From: Octopus vulgaris
Lineage: Eukaryota
Reading direction: 5' to 3'
Assembly: GCA_951406725.2 (NCBI GenBank)
Contig: OX597821.1
Coordinates: 26,412,001 to 26,476,000, forward strand
Length of the DNA: 64,000 nucleotides
Part shown: positions 1 through 14,790 of the stretch, piece by piece
Position numbering within the stretch: the stretch's first letter is position 1
Layout of the letters: each line of letters begins with the position of its first letter
Notes under the pieces: model-generated
Seen by the model: the letters and a program-made list of their open reading frames with translations, nothing else
Databases searched by the model: none
Told to the model about the DNA's origin: nothing
Translations under genes and position numbers: made by a program

Positions 1-34
<34 letters not shown>

Positions 35-132
35 GTGAGTCAGTTGCAGAATTTGCTGACCATTCCCCATTTAGGCAAACCCTCCTGTTTTTATCTCTCT
101 TTGATTGAGAGATGAGAAGTGCTATCTATAGT

Positions 133-330
133 TGGAGCACTGCATCCTTCAAAACTTCCATGCTTTCTGAGATTCGCCAACACTACACCTGATTTTCTCC
201 CCTCCATACACACACACAAGCAAGTATCTGACTCATGCATTGTTCGCTTTCCAGACATTTGTACATTACTGCATATACTCTGAAAAGTTGTGGTGCACCT
301 GAGCACTGTATACCATAATTTCATTATATA
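133..330 (+). mobile_element. 3' end fragment of CR1-like LINE (same family as 6135-6447)
   Basis: Reverse-complement match to ~6135-6340 (ggagcactgcatccttcaaaacttccatgc...gtggtgcacctgagcactgtata...aatttcattat). Confidence 0.7.
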
Positions 331-524
331 TTATATATACAAAGGGATGCTCAGACACCCGAGGTGATGCTAAATTTTCTCAGTCGTCATAATTAAAAAA
401 AAAGACAGGAATGACCAAATATTGGTTCCATTCCATAATAAAAGAAATTTTGTATTGCTCAGTCAACACATTTGATTCAAGCCTTGAATTTTTTTTTTTA
501 CCTTTTGCTTGTTTCCTAATCTTT

Positions 525-1058
525 TATCTTTTACTTGTTTCAGTCATTAGACTGCGGCCATGCTGGAGCACCGCCTTGAAGAACCCATTAGTTGAATGAA
601 TTGTCCTCAGTACATTTTACTCGACCTCAGTAATTTTTGTTTAAGATTGGTTGTATTCTCTCGGTTTCTTTTGCTAAACTCTAATCTACGACCCCATTAC
701 TTATTTTTTTTTTATAAAGCCTTGTACTTATTCTATCTGTCTCTTTTGCCGAACCGCTAATTTATGGGAACGTAAGCTAATCAATACCTATTTCTTTACT
801 ACCCACAAGGGGCTAAACATAGAGAGGACAAACAAGGACAGACACACAGATTAAGTCGATTACATCGACCCCAGTGCATAACTGGTACTTATTTAATCGA
901 CCCCGAAAGGATGAAAGGCAAAGTCGACCTCGGCGGAATTTGAACTCAGAACGTAACGGCAGACGAAATACGGCTACGCATTTCTCCCGTCGTGCTAACG
1001 TTTCTGGCAGCTCGCCGCCGCTAATCAATACCGGTTGTCAAGTGATGTTAGGGGACAA

Positions 1059-1148
<90 letters not shown>

Positions 1149-1440
1149 ACACAGGCGCACACACACGCGCGCACACACACATACACACACGCGCGCACAC
1201 ACACATACACACACACGCGCGCACACACACAAACACACACACACACACAAACACACACTCGTACACACAAACACACACACATACGACGGGCTTCTTTCAG
1301 TTTCCGTCTACCAAATCCACTTACAAATCTTTGGTCGGTTCGAGGCTATAGCAGAAGACACTTGCCCAAAGAGCCACTCAGTGGGACTGAACCCAGAACC
1401 ATGAGGTTAGAAAGCAAATTTCTCATCACCCAACTAGACC
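525..1440 (-). mobile_element. tRNA-derived SINE family B (internal AC/AT microsatellite), interrupted by a family A SINE
   Basis: Tail gtttcagtcattagactgcggccatgctggagcaccgcc, (CA)n centre, head-side gacgggcttctttcagtttccgtctaccaaatccac...gtgggactgaaccc; many copies in window. Confidence 0.85.
790..1019 (-). mobile_element. tRNA-derived SINE family A, full length, with 13-bp TSD
   Basis: Minus strand has A-box-like start, B-box gagttcaaattcc and central gactttgcctttcatcctttcggggtcgat; flanked by gctaatcaatacc on both sides. Confidence 0.9.
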
Positions 1441-1666
1441 TGTATAGTATCATCGATGGTCTCTTGAAATTAAATTTCTCTTCTATGTTAACTACAAAAA
1501 AAGTTTCGGTTCTGCTGCTTCATAGCAGGATTTATTTGGAAATGTAGCAGACATCCTTTGTAACAAAAGTTGACATGCAAACATTGAAATTGAGGTTGGA
1601 GTAGAACAGGAAGATTTTATTCCTTGCAATAGGTTCTCGTTAGAAAATGTCCACAAATATAAAAAT

Positions 1667-2443
1667 ACAGTACCCGACCTCTAACCTGCTTTCCGGAGAC
1701 CTTGGAATATCGTGCAAAATCGTGCAATATCGTGTATAGTAAAACCGGTTTTTGTGCCTTGAATTGATTAGACACGGCCTCTTTTTTAAGTCGGTTAATT
1801 TGTATACGCGGTTGTTAAAACTAGTTTTGTTCTTTACGTTTTTTAAAAGTGGTTTTAAATGAATTAAACATATTCTCCTTTTGAATTGTATTTATTGATA
1901 CCTATATTTCTTAAATAAAATCATATTTACTTTGCTTTGTTTAATTTTCGTACTTTAGATATACTGAAAACGTAGTAGTGTATTTACGGAGATGTACTTG
2001 CATAGCGAGTGACTTGAGATCGTGTGCTGGAACGAAAACAATTGCAGCGTGGAAGGTGTTTATAAGCCATTTAAGAAACACACAAAACCGTTTCACTTCA
2101 AAATTTAAATTTAATTTGTCAAAATATTTTCGTCGCTTTGAGACCGCGACCTGTTCACTGACAAAGCTTCGTGCTGCATAGTAGTGTATGATATACTTTA
2201 AGACATTTATGTGCATTAATAAATACAAAACAGACCCTGCTTTAGAAATAATATTGATTTAAACTTGTTAAATGCAATAATATAGTTCTTTATTTTTCAT
2301 AGTTTATTTTATATTCTATGTTATGTTAACTTTATGTTTAGGCTGTCTCCAAAGACAAAAAGAAAAAAGAGAAAAACCGGAAAATCCAGAAATCCGGGCC
2401 ATTTCCGGGTCCAAGCTTGCCGGATATTCGTCTCAGTACTCTA
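1667..2443. mobile_element. Probable decayed non-autonomous DNA transposon (hAT-like)
   Basis: Short subterminal repeats (aatatcgtgc-like x3 left; ccgg-rich right) and weakly similar termini tacagtac / gtactcta. Confidence 0.3.
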
Positions 2444-2891
2444 CAACGATTTCCCCGCTCGAATTTATATATAAGAGGGGAAGATACCGAACAGGACAAA
2501 GTAAATGTACTTTTCAATACGCAGCTTTTCTTGTTATGAGCAGAGTTATCTTTTTACTTATTTTCCTTTTCAATTAATTATTTCCACGCAAACAACACCT
2601 TTTAATGATATATGCGTTTACATATCGTTACTCATTTTAATTGCATTGTCTCATAAATATACAAATTGCAAATTATTAATTTATTCTTTCGGACTCTGTT
2701 TTTAAATATTATCATTTATCGTTGCGTGTATTTTCAGCTGGACTTTTTATTCGTAAAATTTGCAAGGAACACTTTTAATAAGATATTACTTTGATTTAAT
2801 ATCGTTTATTAACATTTTTGCTTTTAAGTTTTAGCGATTTCTTATACAATTATGAGCGATTATGATGAAGACGTTCCAAGTTGCAGTACTT

Positions 2892-3348
2892 ATACATACA
2901 TACATACATACATACATACATACATACATACATACATACATACATACATACATACATACATACGTACGTACATACATACATACATACATACATATACATA
3001 CAAACGTACGTACGTACATACATACATACAAACATACATACATACGTACGTACGTACATACATACATACATACATACAAACGTACGTACGTACATACATA
3101 CATACATACATACATATGTACATACATACGTACGTACATACATACATACGTACGTACGTACATACATACATACATACATACATACGTACGTACGTACGTA
3201 CTTACATACGTACGTACGCACATACATATGTACGTACGTACGTACATACATACATACATACATACATACGTACATACGTACATACATACATACGTACGTA
3301 CATACATACATACATACATACATACGTACATACGTACATACATACATA
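2892..3348. repeat. (TACA)n/(TACG)n compound tetranucleotide microsatellite
   Basis: Directly visible; generates the YVCM/HTYI ORFs. Confidence 0.95.
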
Positions 3349-3429
3349 TTCATAGATAGACTGATAGATAGCGTAATTACTTTTGAAGGTGTTATATTTA
3401 CTTTTAGATCGATAATAGGGGATTAAATA

Positions 3430-4600
3430 AGGGTTATCTGCCTTCATTCGCTTTGTATCGGTGCGTAAGTTATGTTTGTTATCAATAATTCTTTTACGAC
3501 TAGAAATCTTATCTACATTATTGAATTTACAATTAGACTGAGCAGAATCAATGTAGAAATTTTTTTCTGTATAACCTGCTTTGATTAAGGCAGAGTTATA
3601 GAATTCAGCGTTATTATTGAAAATATCAACATTAGCAGATAATTTAGATAATCTAAATGAAATATTCTTAACTAAATTCTTAGTAATTGCTCCAGGATGA
3701 TTACTAAATTTGCTAATGTACTTAAGATTGGCCAACGGTTTATGATATGGGAAGTAAGAGTCACTGTGTAAATTAAGCGTAATATCTAAAAAGTTGGCCT
3801 TCGTCAGATCGTCATCAAAAACGATTTTTAAGCCCATTCTACTGAAAAAATTAACTAAACTATTCTTAACTTTTTGTACCTTTTGGTTGGAAACATTTTG
3901 GAGGTAAAGTAAACAATCATCACGATATAGACCTCCATAAATGTTAGGGAACTCTTCAGCCATTTCAAAAAGAATATATATATACAGACCAAATCAGTTA
4001 TCTGTGCTGAATCAGAACTTCCTATTGGTATATCGAAACTATCTGGTGTGTCTTTACGGACCCACAACTTATCATCAAATTTAATAATAGATCTTTTGGC
4101 TGCCAACACAACATTAATTTCTTCTCGGGTGAGACCAGCTTTGTTATGAGCAAGCCAAAGTGCCTTATTAAGTACTATTGGATTAATAGACGAATAAAAA
4201 TTGGAAATATCAAACTGGATAAACTTTGTACTCACCTTACTTTTAATAGACCTAAACCAGTCAACTACTTCAAATGAATTAGTCCATAAACTAAGTTTTA
4301 ATGTTTTGATTAAATTAGGAATATATTTATCTAGTATATTTTTACTAAGGATACCGATGTCAGAGCTAGAAGGGCAGATGAGCCTTAATGATGGGTTAGT
4401 AAAAAAATTTGGTTAGTGATCCTTCAAAATGAACCGAGGTTGCTTAGGAACAAGTGGTTCTGTCTTCATTTGTAGGTTATATTTCTCCATGATTTTCATA
4501 GCCTCAATGTTGGCTTTCTTAAGTATTCTTTTATCAGTAATTTTATACTTTTTTCTGAATTTCTTTTTTAACTCCATTTTTTATTCATATTATTCAAAAT
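3430..4600 (-). mobile_element. Penelope-like element RT fragment, Naiad-like, disrupted
   Basis: Minus-strand translation LKDH*PNF..NP..RLICP..SDIG.LSK, FIQFDISNFYSSI, GGLYRDDCL, NFLDITLNL, PYHKP...YISKFSNHP; in-frame TAA and a frameshift near 3960. Confidence 0.85.
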
Positions 4601-4761
4601 ATTCAACGTAAACACGAAGTTTCAACCTTTATAAACAAGGAGTTACAACATCTTTACTTGTGAGATTTTTGCTGCCCTGGTAACTATTTATTTATTTTTC
4701 CGTGTTAATTGTTAACAAGGTAAAAATAGACTCATCTCTCTCTCTCTATATATATATATAT

Positions 4762-4878
4762 TTGACGGGCTTCTTTCAGTTTCCGTCTACCAAATCTACT
4801 CACAAGGCTTTGGTCGGCCTGAGGCTATAGAAGACACTTGCCCATGGTACCACGGAGTGAGACTGAACCCGGAACTAT
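4762..4878 (-). mobile_element. SINE family B, head half
   Basis: gacgggcttctttcagtttccgtctacc...gactgaacccggaac. Confidence 0.8.
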
Positions 4879-4959
<81 letters not shown>

Positions 4960-5430
4960 AGTTACAAAAGACGAAGGAGGAGTTTCAAACCCGCACTACT
5001 CTAGGTATCTTAAAAAAGAAGAAAACAATCTAAATCAGATCTTGACAACCACCATGTTGCTTCATATGAAGTTATCATAATTTATAGCTATATGAGGAAA
5101 GGCACACTCTATTGAAGAGGCATTAATAATAATGCCTTCAGTTCCCTGAAATCGTCACTACGACCCTTAAAGTAGGTACAGATATTTTGTAAAATCAATT
5201 TCTCTTAGCAAGAGCATTGTACTTCGCTGGGTTGATGAAATGGAAGAGGATATTGGAAATCAGTTGTGCGTGGAATTCCCCACAAAAAACCGGTTTTACT
5301 ATACAGTTTGATGAATTAACTGTGCGAAGAAACGATGCCTTATTGATGACCCAAATCCGTTTGGTTAAAGACAGAACAAAAATTCTGTCCGTTTTTTTTT
5401 TTATCTACCTATCTATCTATCTATCTATCA

Positions 5431-5516
<86 letters not shown>

Positions 5517-5543
5517 ATAGTAGAAATATGTTACAAAAAGAAA

Positions 5544-5586
<43 letters not shown>

Positions 5587-6134
5587 CGTTGAATACAGAT
5601 ACAAAAGGACAAACAATTTTTCAAGCATCAAAATTTTCCTTCAAAATTTCCTATATGATATTGTCCGGAACTGATGGTGCACTATCTATGACAGACATCG
5701 AGCTCATCTCCTGCTATATATATGAAACAAGGAAATAACTAATCGTATTTCTCTCTGTAATTCGTACCTAACACATTGTCATTAAAAGGCTTAGAAAACA
5801 GCTGTCACGAAATACTTTCTAATTGAACTCGGTGAAAATTATTGCGTTCGTGTATGAGTCGAATAGATTGTTATAACGAGCAACTATTGCTGAGAGTTAA
5901 CTCATTGCTTTCATCTTAAATGTCAATTTCAGTGTTTGAGTGGACAAGTTTAAGCGCGACAACTATTATTAAAACTAGTGTCTGTCAACTTTCATCCAAG
6001 GTATGCCACACAGCACCGGGACTGCAAGCACAATAATGATTTCATAACATGTAGCAATAGACTTTCTGAGATTTGGCAATGGAATTTACTCAATTATGCT
6101 ACCCGCTTTTTTCATAGTCCTTTAAATAAAATAA

Positions 6135-6447
6135 TAATGAAATTATTGTATACAGTGCTCAGGTGCACCACAACTTGTCAGAAAGTGCATATAAAGTACA
6201 TGCAGTAATGTAGAAATGTCTGGAAAGCGAACAATGTATGAGTCAGATACATGATTGTGTGTGTATGGAGGGGAGAAAATCAAGTGTGGTGTTGGTGAAT
6301 CTCAGGAAGCATGGAAGTTTTGAAGGATGCAGTGCTCCGATAACTAACAACTGATGCCGGCAGTTTGTTCCATGCTTCAGCAACTCTCAGCGTGAAAAAA
6401 TGTTTCCTGAAGTCATGGGAGCTGTGCTGTTTTCTTACTTTGTAAAT
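6135..6447 (-). mobile_element. CR1-like LINE 3' end (ORF2 C-terminus plus 3' UTR)
   Basis: Minus strand YKVRKQHSSHDFRKHFFTLRVAEAWNKLPASVVSYRSTASFK, the typical CR1/L2 FF..RV...WN.LP..VV...S...FK terminus. Confidence 0.8.
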
Positions 6448-6901
6448 AGGGTTACGAATAATTACTCGCTTAAAAGATTATGTAGAGTAAGCTTGCTCGA
6501 AAACTACCATAGACGTAGCGGGCTAACATCTCCAAAAAACCTGACAATTTTTCCTCAAACGTTGCCGGAATGATTTCTTTTAAAAACCAAAAGTAGTTGG
6601 CAAGGAAGGCTTCAGGAAAATCTTTGTCTGATTTCTCGAATGTATGAATATGTTGATTGAAGCAAACTTAAGGCAGTTCTAGGTTAAGCCAATCTAACTT
6701 CTCGAAAATTAGTTATCTGATTGTCAGAAGAGCTTTCAAAACACAATTACCGTTAAGGAAACAATCATTTGCAATCTAGATTAATGTGAAAAGAAAGACT
6801 ATATCACTGGAGATATTCTTAGAATGAAGCTGGCTAAATTCAAATAACCTTATGTAGGTATAAGTAAGTTTTTGCTTTCGTTTTTCCTGTCTCCCTCTAT
6901 G

Positions 6902-6952
<51 letters not shown>

Positions 6953-7173
6953 ACACACACAGACAGACAGACACACACACACACAGACACACACACATAC
7001 ATACACACACACACACATACATACATACATATATATGCACGTACATATATATTTATTCACAAACACACAAACAAATGTATAAATACATTTGCATATAAAA
7101 TTAATATATATATATATATATGTATAGTTAATCCAATACATTTACATATAAATACATACATACATATATATAC

Positions 7174-7247
<74 letters not shown>

Positions 7248-8304
7248 GCATGTACACATACAGAGTCACACACACACGTATATGTTTCAAAAGAAGTTCA
7301 TATGCTCAGGCATATGTTTGCAGACTCACACAGGCGCATCGTTTATTTGTCATCTTTTTCGTTGACCTCGGATGTAGTTTACATCCTGTAATTCCAACAC
7401 ATTTTTATTCTAATGTATCCATTTGTCTTATCTATTATTTATGTATGTATGTATGTATGTATGTATGTATTATTTATATGCTTGTGCACGCGCGCTGCGT
7501 GTCTGGTGTATATGTATTAATCCGTGTATCTGTCTGCATTCATTTATTTTTCATAGATTTTTTTATCGCACTCTAAATCTGTCTAGCGACAGAAAATAAA
7601 TAAATAATTATGAATGTGTGACTCTGTGTTTGTGTGTGTGTGTGTGTGTGTGTATGGCTGTGTATGTGTTTGAGTTTGTGTGCATATATGTGTGTACTTC
7701 TCGCCTGATATTTATGTATTTATGTATGATTGTAGGTGTATGTGTACATATATATATGTACACATACACTTGCATATAAATATGTATATATACGTACAGA
7801 TATACAGATGCATACATACACACATACATCTATATACTATGTGAAAGAACATTGTGAATGGTACGGTACGGCACCTACATCAGTGGCACCCTGTAGGCTG
7901 GGGTGGCACTTTGGGTAAGTGATAGTAACCCCGTAGCCCACTCCCTGTCAGGGATATGGTGTAGACGTCAACTGCAGGACGCTGGATAACCGACAAGGCA
8001 GAGGAATCCTAGACCAACAGCTCGCAGGTTAATGTAGCCAAGCGGAAGGTCTGTACCATGAGACAATGGCTGGGCATCAACTAGGAAGTGAGCTGCTATT
8101 GCAGTGTGGCCTCATCGTCGACAAGGCTCATTGCACTCTTGTGTAACACTTGGTACTTGGTGTGGAGGTCCAAAGAGGAGTCTGATGGAGTGGGGGAACA
8201 ACGTCAGATGCCTTACTCATCATCCAAAGACATTTTGTTAAAAGAATTCTGAAGAGAACAATCAACGCCGATACGATGACCAGCCAACGATTGTGAATTA
8301 AACA

Positions 8305-8710
8305 AATATTTAGATCAGTTCAAATATATTTGGGATATATTTGAACTGTGATATTTAGATCAGTTCAAATATATTTGGGATATATTTGAGCTGTGATATT
8401 TAGATCAGTTCAAATATATTTGGGATATATTTGAGCTGTGATATTTAGATCAGTTCAAATATATTTGGGATATATTTGAGCTGTGATATTTAGATCAGTT
8501 CAAATATATTTGGGATATATTTGAGCTGTGATATTTAGATCAGTTCAAATATATTTGGGATATATTTGAGCTGTAATATTTAGATCAGTTCAAATATATT
8601 TGGGATATATTTGAGCTGTGATATTTAGATCAGTTCAAATATATTTGGGATATATTTGAGCTGTGATATTTACATCAGTTCAAATATATTTGGGATATAT
8701 TTGAGCTGTG
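8305..8710. repeat. 45-bp minisatellite, 9 near-identical units, each an internal palindrome
   Basis: Unit gatatttagatcagttcaaatatatttgggatatatttgagctgt at 8305, 8350, 8395 ... 8665. Confidence 0.95.
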
Positions 8711-8959
8711 AAATAGCAGTTTTCACTCCAGTGAAAATTCCCGCTTTAAGCAATAGGTATGAAAGCACCAACAGTCATCTGACTGTACCCCGTAGTAGAA
8801 CGTTCAATGCGTATTCAAACCACTTGGCTATTATCAGCATCGAGTGCCATAAAAACGACAACCCTGAAATGACTCTGGAAGTAATGGCTCCCCTATACAA
8901 ATTTAATATAAATTACGAACTGATTACATGCAACATCGGCTAGGCTAGAATTCAATATA

Positions 8960-9315
8960 TGGAAGCACTCCGTCGGTTCCGACGACGAGGGTTCCGATTG
9001 ATCCGATCAACGGAACAGCCTGCTCGTGAAATTAACGTGTAAGTGGCTGAGCACTCCACAGACACGTGTACCCTTAACGTAGTTCTCGGGGATATTCAGC
9101 GTGACACAGAGAGTGACAAGGCCGGCCCCCTTAAAAAACAGGAAGTAAGAGAGAGAGAGAGAGTTGTGGTGAAAGAGTACAGCAGGGATCACCACCATCC
9201 CTGCCGGAGCCTCGTGGAGCTTTAGGTGTTTTCGCTCAATAAACACTCACAACGCTCGGTCTGGGAATCGAAACCGCGAGTCCGCTGCCCTAACCACTGG
9301 GCCATTGAGCCTCCA
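8960..9315 (-). mobile_element. tRNA-derived SINE family C (Arg-like head)
   Basis: Reverse complement of 36702-37083; flanked by caatatat-like duplication. Confidence 0.9.
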
Positions 9316-9913
9316 ATATATATACATAGGCACGTGAAAGAAGTGTCTTGAATTAAACCAATATTTATTTTAGTTCAAGTATTTGGGGACGTATTTGATC
9401 TGTGAAAGGAAATTCTAACTTTTTGGTGTCAAAATACCAACAGTCATTTCACAGCGTCCTCTGGTGGAACATGGAATGTATTTCAAGCTAATTGGCTATC
9501 GTCAGTATCGCGTACCACATGAGAGTTCATAATTTATTCTGAATTTCTATAAGGAAGTCATAATTTCCAGGAGCCTTTTAAAGTTTGCCTCTCTTGTGCT
9601 ACGCAATGCTGATGATAACCAAACAGCTTGAAATTCATTCGTCGTTCCATCAGAGAGCGTTGTGAGGCAACTGTTTTAACGTCCACTGCCTGAAGCGAAA
9701 TTCTTGTTCATAGTAGAGTACCACTTGATGGCTGTGCACAACGTTTAAAAATAACCATTATAGGCGACTGTCAGAGTACATGATAATGTCTATAACATGA
9801 AATCTGCTATGCATTTCCCATGGTTAATTCCTTTTCTGGGATCACTGTTTGTATAGTTCATAGGATGAACGAGAATAGAAAAAAAATATTCCCCGTCTCT
9901 GAACATCTGTAAT

Positions 9914-11078
<1,165 letters not shown>

Positions 11079-11184
11079 TATATATATATATATAAATAAG
11101 GATAAGATCGTTAATTTAAATATCGATCTTATCAAGTGGCCAGCATGGGAATAAAAACCTTCAAAGGTAATAATCATTATTAAA

Positions 11185-11356
11185 ATTATAATTTAGGGTA
11201 TCTAAGAGATACCGCCACGCTGGAAATAGTAGCTAAAACCTGACTCTAAGACCGCTTCTCTCCTGGTGCTGTATGAACATTTAATGTGGTCTTAGAGGCA
11301 GGTTTTGGCTGCTATTTCCAGCGTGGTGGTATCTCTTAGATACCCTAAATTATAAT
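11185..11356. repeat. Inverted repeat, ~68-bp arms, in a cassette flanked by (TA)n
   Basis: attataatttagggtatctaagagatacc...ctctaagacc / ggtcttagag...ggtatctcttagataccctaaattataat. Confidence 0.85.
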
Positions 11357-11964
11357 GTATACATACATATATACATATATATATATATAGGCTATTAATA
11401 CTAAAATGCACACACACACACATACACACACACACACACATTCTTTTATTCTTTTATTTGTTCCAGTCATCTACAGGTAGGTGTACTATGCCAATATACT
11501 CAACATCAAGCTGGCTGAATGTACTGTTTATTGTTCTAATGATGTCCTCCTCATCAGGTCCCCCCAAACATCAGGCCGCGGATCAGTACTGGGCTGTGGA
11601 TCATTTGGCACTAGATCGCTTAGAAAGAATAATTGTGTAAATTATATTTCTATTTTACTGACTGCCGCAGTATTTTGTGTAGGCGCATAATTGAACGATG
11701 CAACCATTACGTCAATCTAAATGCATAGCAATCCTCAGCTGCATAAATACACAGAATTAAATTAAATTAAAACAGATGGACACATTAGTATAATTTTACC
11801 TAAAGCCTCCAAGAAGGCAAGGAGATAGACAAAGATCATGCTGTCTTCACTTCAGCTTAGAAACCACTAATCCCCTTACTTTGAAACTGTATGGATAATA
11901 ATACCGTATTAAATTCTGGTACCTCAACTTAAGTACCTAATTCATCTGAAACTATATATATATG

Positions 11965-12051
<87 letters not shown>

Positions 12052-12828
12052 TATTTGTAATAGTTAAATTAAATTATATATTACGTATTTGATTGTGTTT
12101 TGTTATGCACGTGATTCCTCGGTCCTTGGAGAAATTATCTTGAATGAAACCGGTCCGAGATGCACAAAAGATTCACATCACACTCACCTCTACTTTGATC
12201 CAGATCTTCTTTTCGTCTTTCTTAATCCTCTTTTCCTGTTATTATTCTATCCTGCTTGTTTTAAGTTAAATGGTAGAATATACCATTTTTCTGGGAGCAT
12301 CTGAACGTTTTTGCTCCACTCCCTTCGTTCACGTTTGACATTTGATCGCAGCTTACAATTTCTTAGTGGCTCTCCTACATCCTGGGACTGTAACAAGCTC
12401 ATTATCTGAATTAGATCATGCGTATTCCTTCATCCGCTCAACGACAAGTAACATTACGAAAGAGATATTACAAAAATGCTCTGTGTTATGTGAAAATCTA
12501 TGCTTCCATCGCGAGGGAGGGGAAAGCTTGTGAATGCGATTCCGTACACCAGGATCTTGAAGTAATTACATTAAAGAAAGAACAAAAAGAGTAGTATTGT
12601 ATATTAAAAAAAGTGGAAACAGAAATGTTTAAAATGCGTAAAACCTTGAGCTTGTTTTTCTTAACAAGAAAACTGACAAATCACAAAAGACTGAAATTAT
12701 TTTCCAATGACTTAAAAAACTGTTTTTATATTAAATTTTTTATTTTTATTTTGTTGTGCAATTGCATCATTTTTATTTTACGCACACAGACCCACATACA
12801 TACATACATACATACATACATACATACA

Positions 12829-12861
<33 letters not shown>

Positions 12862-12954
12862 GAGTATATACACACACGCATGTACATATATATAGATACA
12901 TATATTATACACACACACACACACACAATGTATATATGTATGCATCTAAGTATG

Positions 12955-12985
<31 letters not shown>

Positions 12986-13034
12986 GTATGTATAGACAAG
13001 CACACACACACATATACACACATATATAAATACA

Positions 13035-13067
<33 letters not shown>

Positions 13068-13646
13068 TTGAAATGTGGGTGAGAAATTAGATATTAATTT
13101 AATTAACATCGATTTCACATCAATGGTCTAGCATATAAAAAAACTGAAGGTTCAGTAAAATTGTATTATATTCCCTCTAATATGTATATATATATATATA
13201 TATATACTTACATACACACACACACACATATACACATGCATACACACATATGTACATATACTCAATAAGTTGGTAATGTATAGCACCAACAGTCTGAATG
13301 GCAGAATTTCGTTGAAGAACGCCAATCTATTTTTCTTTAAGAACATCACTTACGACTGAATAATAACTGCTCACCATAATTCACCCATATCTTTACACTA
13401 AAACTTCCTCCTCCATCGGGCACGATGATGGAGTGATGGATTCCGTTCCAATCTCAGTGCTGTGAGTTCATCAATGTTTAAGGTATCATTGTCTTCCATT
13501 AGGAGACTGACCACGATTTTTGAATGGGGGCTTTTAAAAGGGCGAGTGACAATCAAAGATTTCCCCAGCTTTCGGGATGCTGAAATCGCTCTGAGTTTAA
13601 ATGAAGGTGATGGCTACTGAAACATTCTCGTTCCTTTTAGCTCTTT

Positions 13647-13938
13647 TGGCTAAAGGGCAGCGGACTCGCGGTCGTAGGATCTCAGTTTCGATTCCCAGAC
13701 CGGGCGTTGTGAGTGTTTATTGAGCGAAAACACCTAAAGCTCCACGAGGCTCCGGCAGGTGGTGGTGATCCCTGCTGTACTCTTTCGCCACAACTTTCTC
13801 TCACTCTTTCTTCTGTTGGCCTGCTCGCTTAGCCAGCGGGGTAGCGTCATTCGAAGGCTAAAAAACAATGCGAAGCGCATTGTGACCAGCGATGTGTAGC
13901 AACATCTGATAGCCTGGTTGGTCACGTGATCGTGATCT
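13647..13938 (+). mobile_element. SINE with family C head and body but a different 3' tail (family D)
   Basis: Matches family C to ...caactttctctcactct, then ttggcctgctcgcttagccagcgggg...ggtcacgtgat; same tail reversed at 34288-34398. Confidence 0.85.
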
Positions 13939-13987
<49 letters not shown>

Positions 13988-14367
13988 CATGAATGTTTCG
14001 CTTAGCCATATCGAGACTAATAACCTGGTGTAGAACTCAGGTTCAGAATACAATGTTACTATGGTCCAGAATACAATGTTATTATATGAGTATAGAATGC
14101 TAATAGAATATAAACGCCTTTTGTTCTGAAAATGTAACTTTCCCATTAAGTTTATAAATAATATTAACAACTGTGCTTGTTTTCAAACCTCCGTAACTAG
14201 AATGATTCCTAAGTCTGGATAAATGGATCAAATTTCTCATTCTCTTTTTAGTAATGATAATTAGAGTAATGTAATATGATCGTAGGAAACATGTGATTTA
14301 TGGAAATGCGCGTAGCGATGCATTAAAATATTTATAAATTCCTTCCATGGATTATTATTATTATTAT

Positions 14368-14460
<93 letters not shown>

Positions 14461-14551
14461 CATACGTATATATGCTCTCGGTGCGAGTGTTTTTTTATAC
14501 GGCGACGAGTTTACAATCCTGTGAATAATAATATTGGTATTTTTTATATAC

Positions 14552-14592
<41 letters not shown>

Positions 14593-14790
14593 AATAAGAA
14601 AATGGAGAAACACATTAGTTGGTTTATCAGCTTTAGGATATTAGAATGTTGACTTAGGATATTAGAATTTAATTATCAAAACTACAACCATAATAACATA
14701 CATATATACAGTATAAAATTCAATACATATAAGATAAGAATACAAGTAGTTATTAAAAAAAACATTAATATAAATTGTTACAATCATTAA

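Noticed and set aside
874-1547. HT/CV/YI-repeat ORFs here and throughout (e.g. 2831-3426, 6872, 9790, 44769, 51009)
   Set aside because: Translations of di- and tetranucleotide microsatellites, often inside SINEs
8305-8710. CRISPR array
   Set aside because: Palindromic repeats but constant linkers, no variable spacers, no cas genes, eukaryotic context
9605-9640. Hammerhead-like aatg-CUGAUGA...GAAA-tt-catt
   Set aside because: No convincing stem II or stem III
12115-12160. Hammerhead remnants (gaaaccggtc here; gccgaaacgttg at ~41116; gccgaaacaattg at ~44349)
   Set aside because: CUGANGA core missing; at most fossils of pLTR ribozymes
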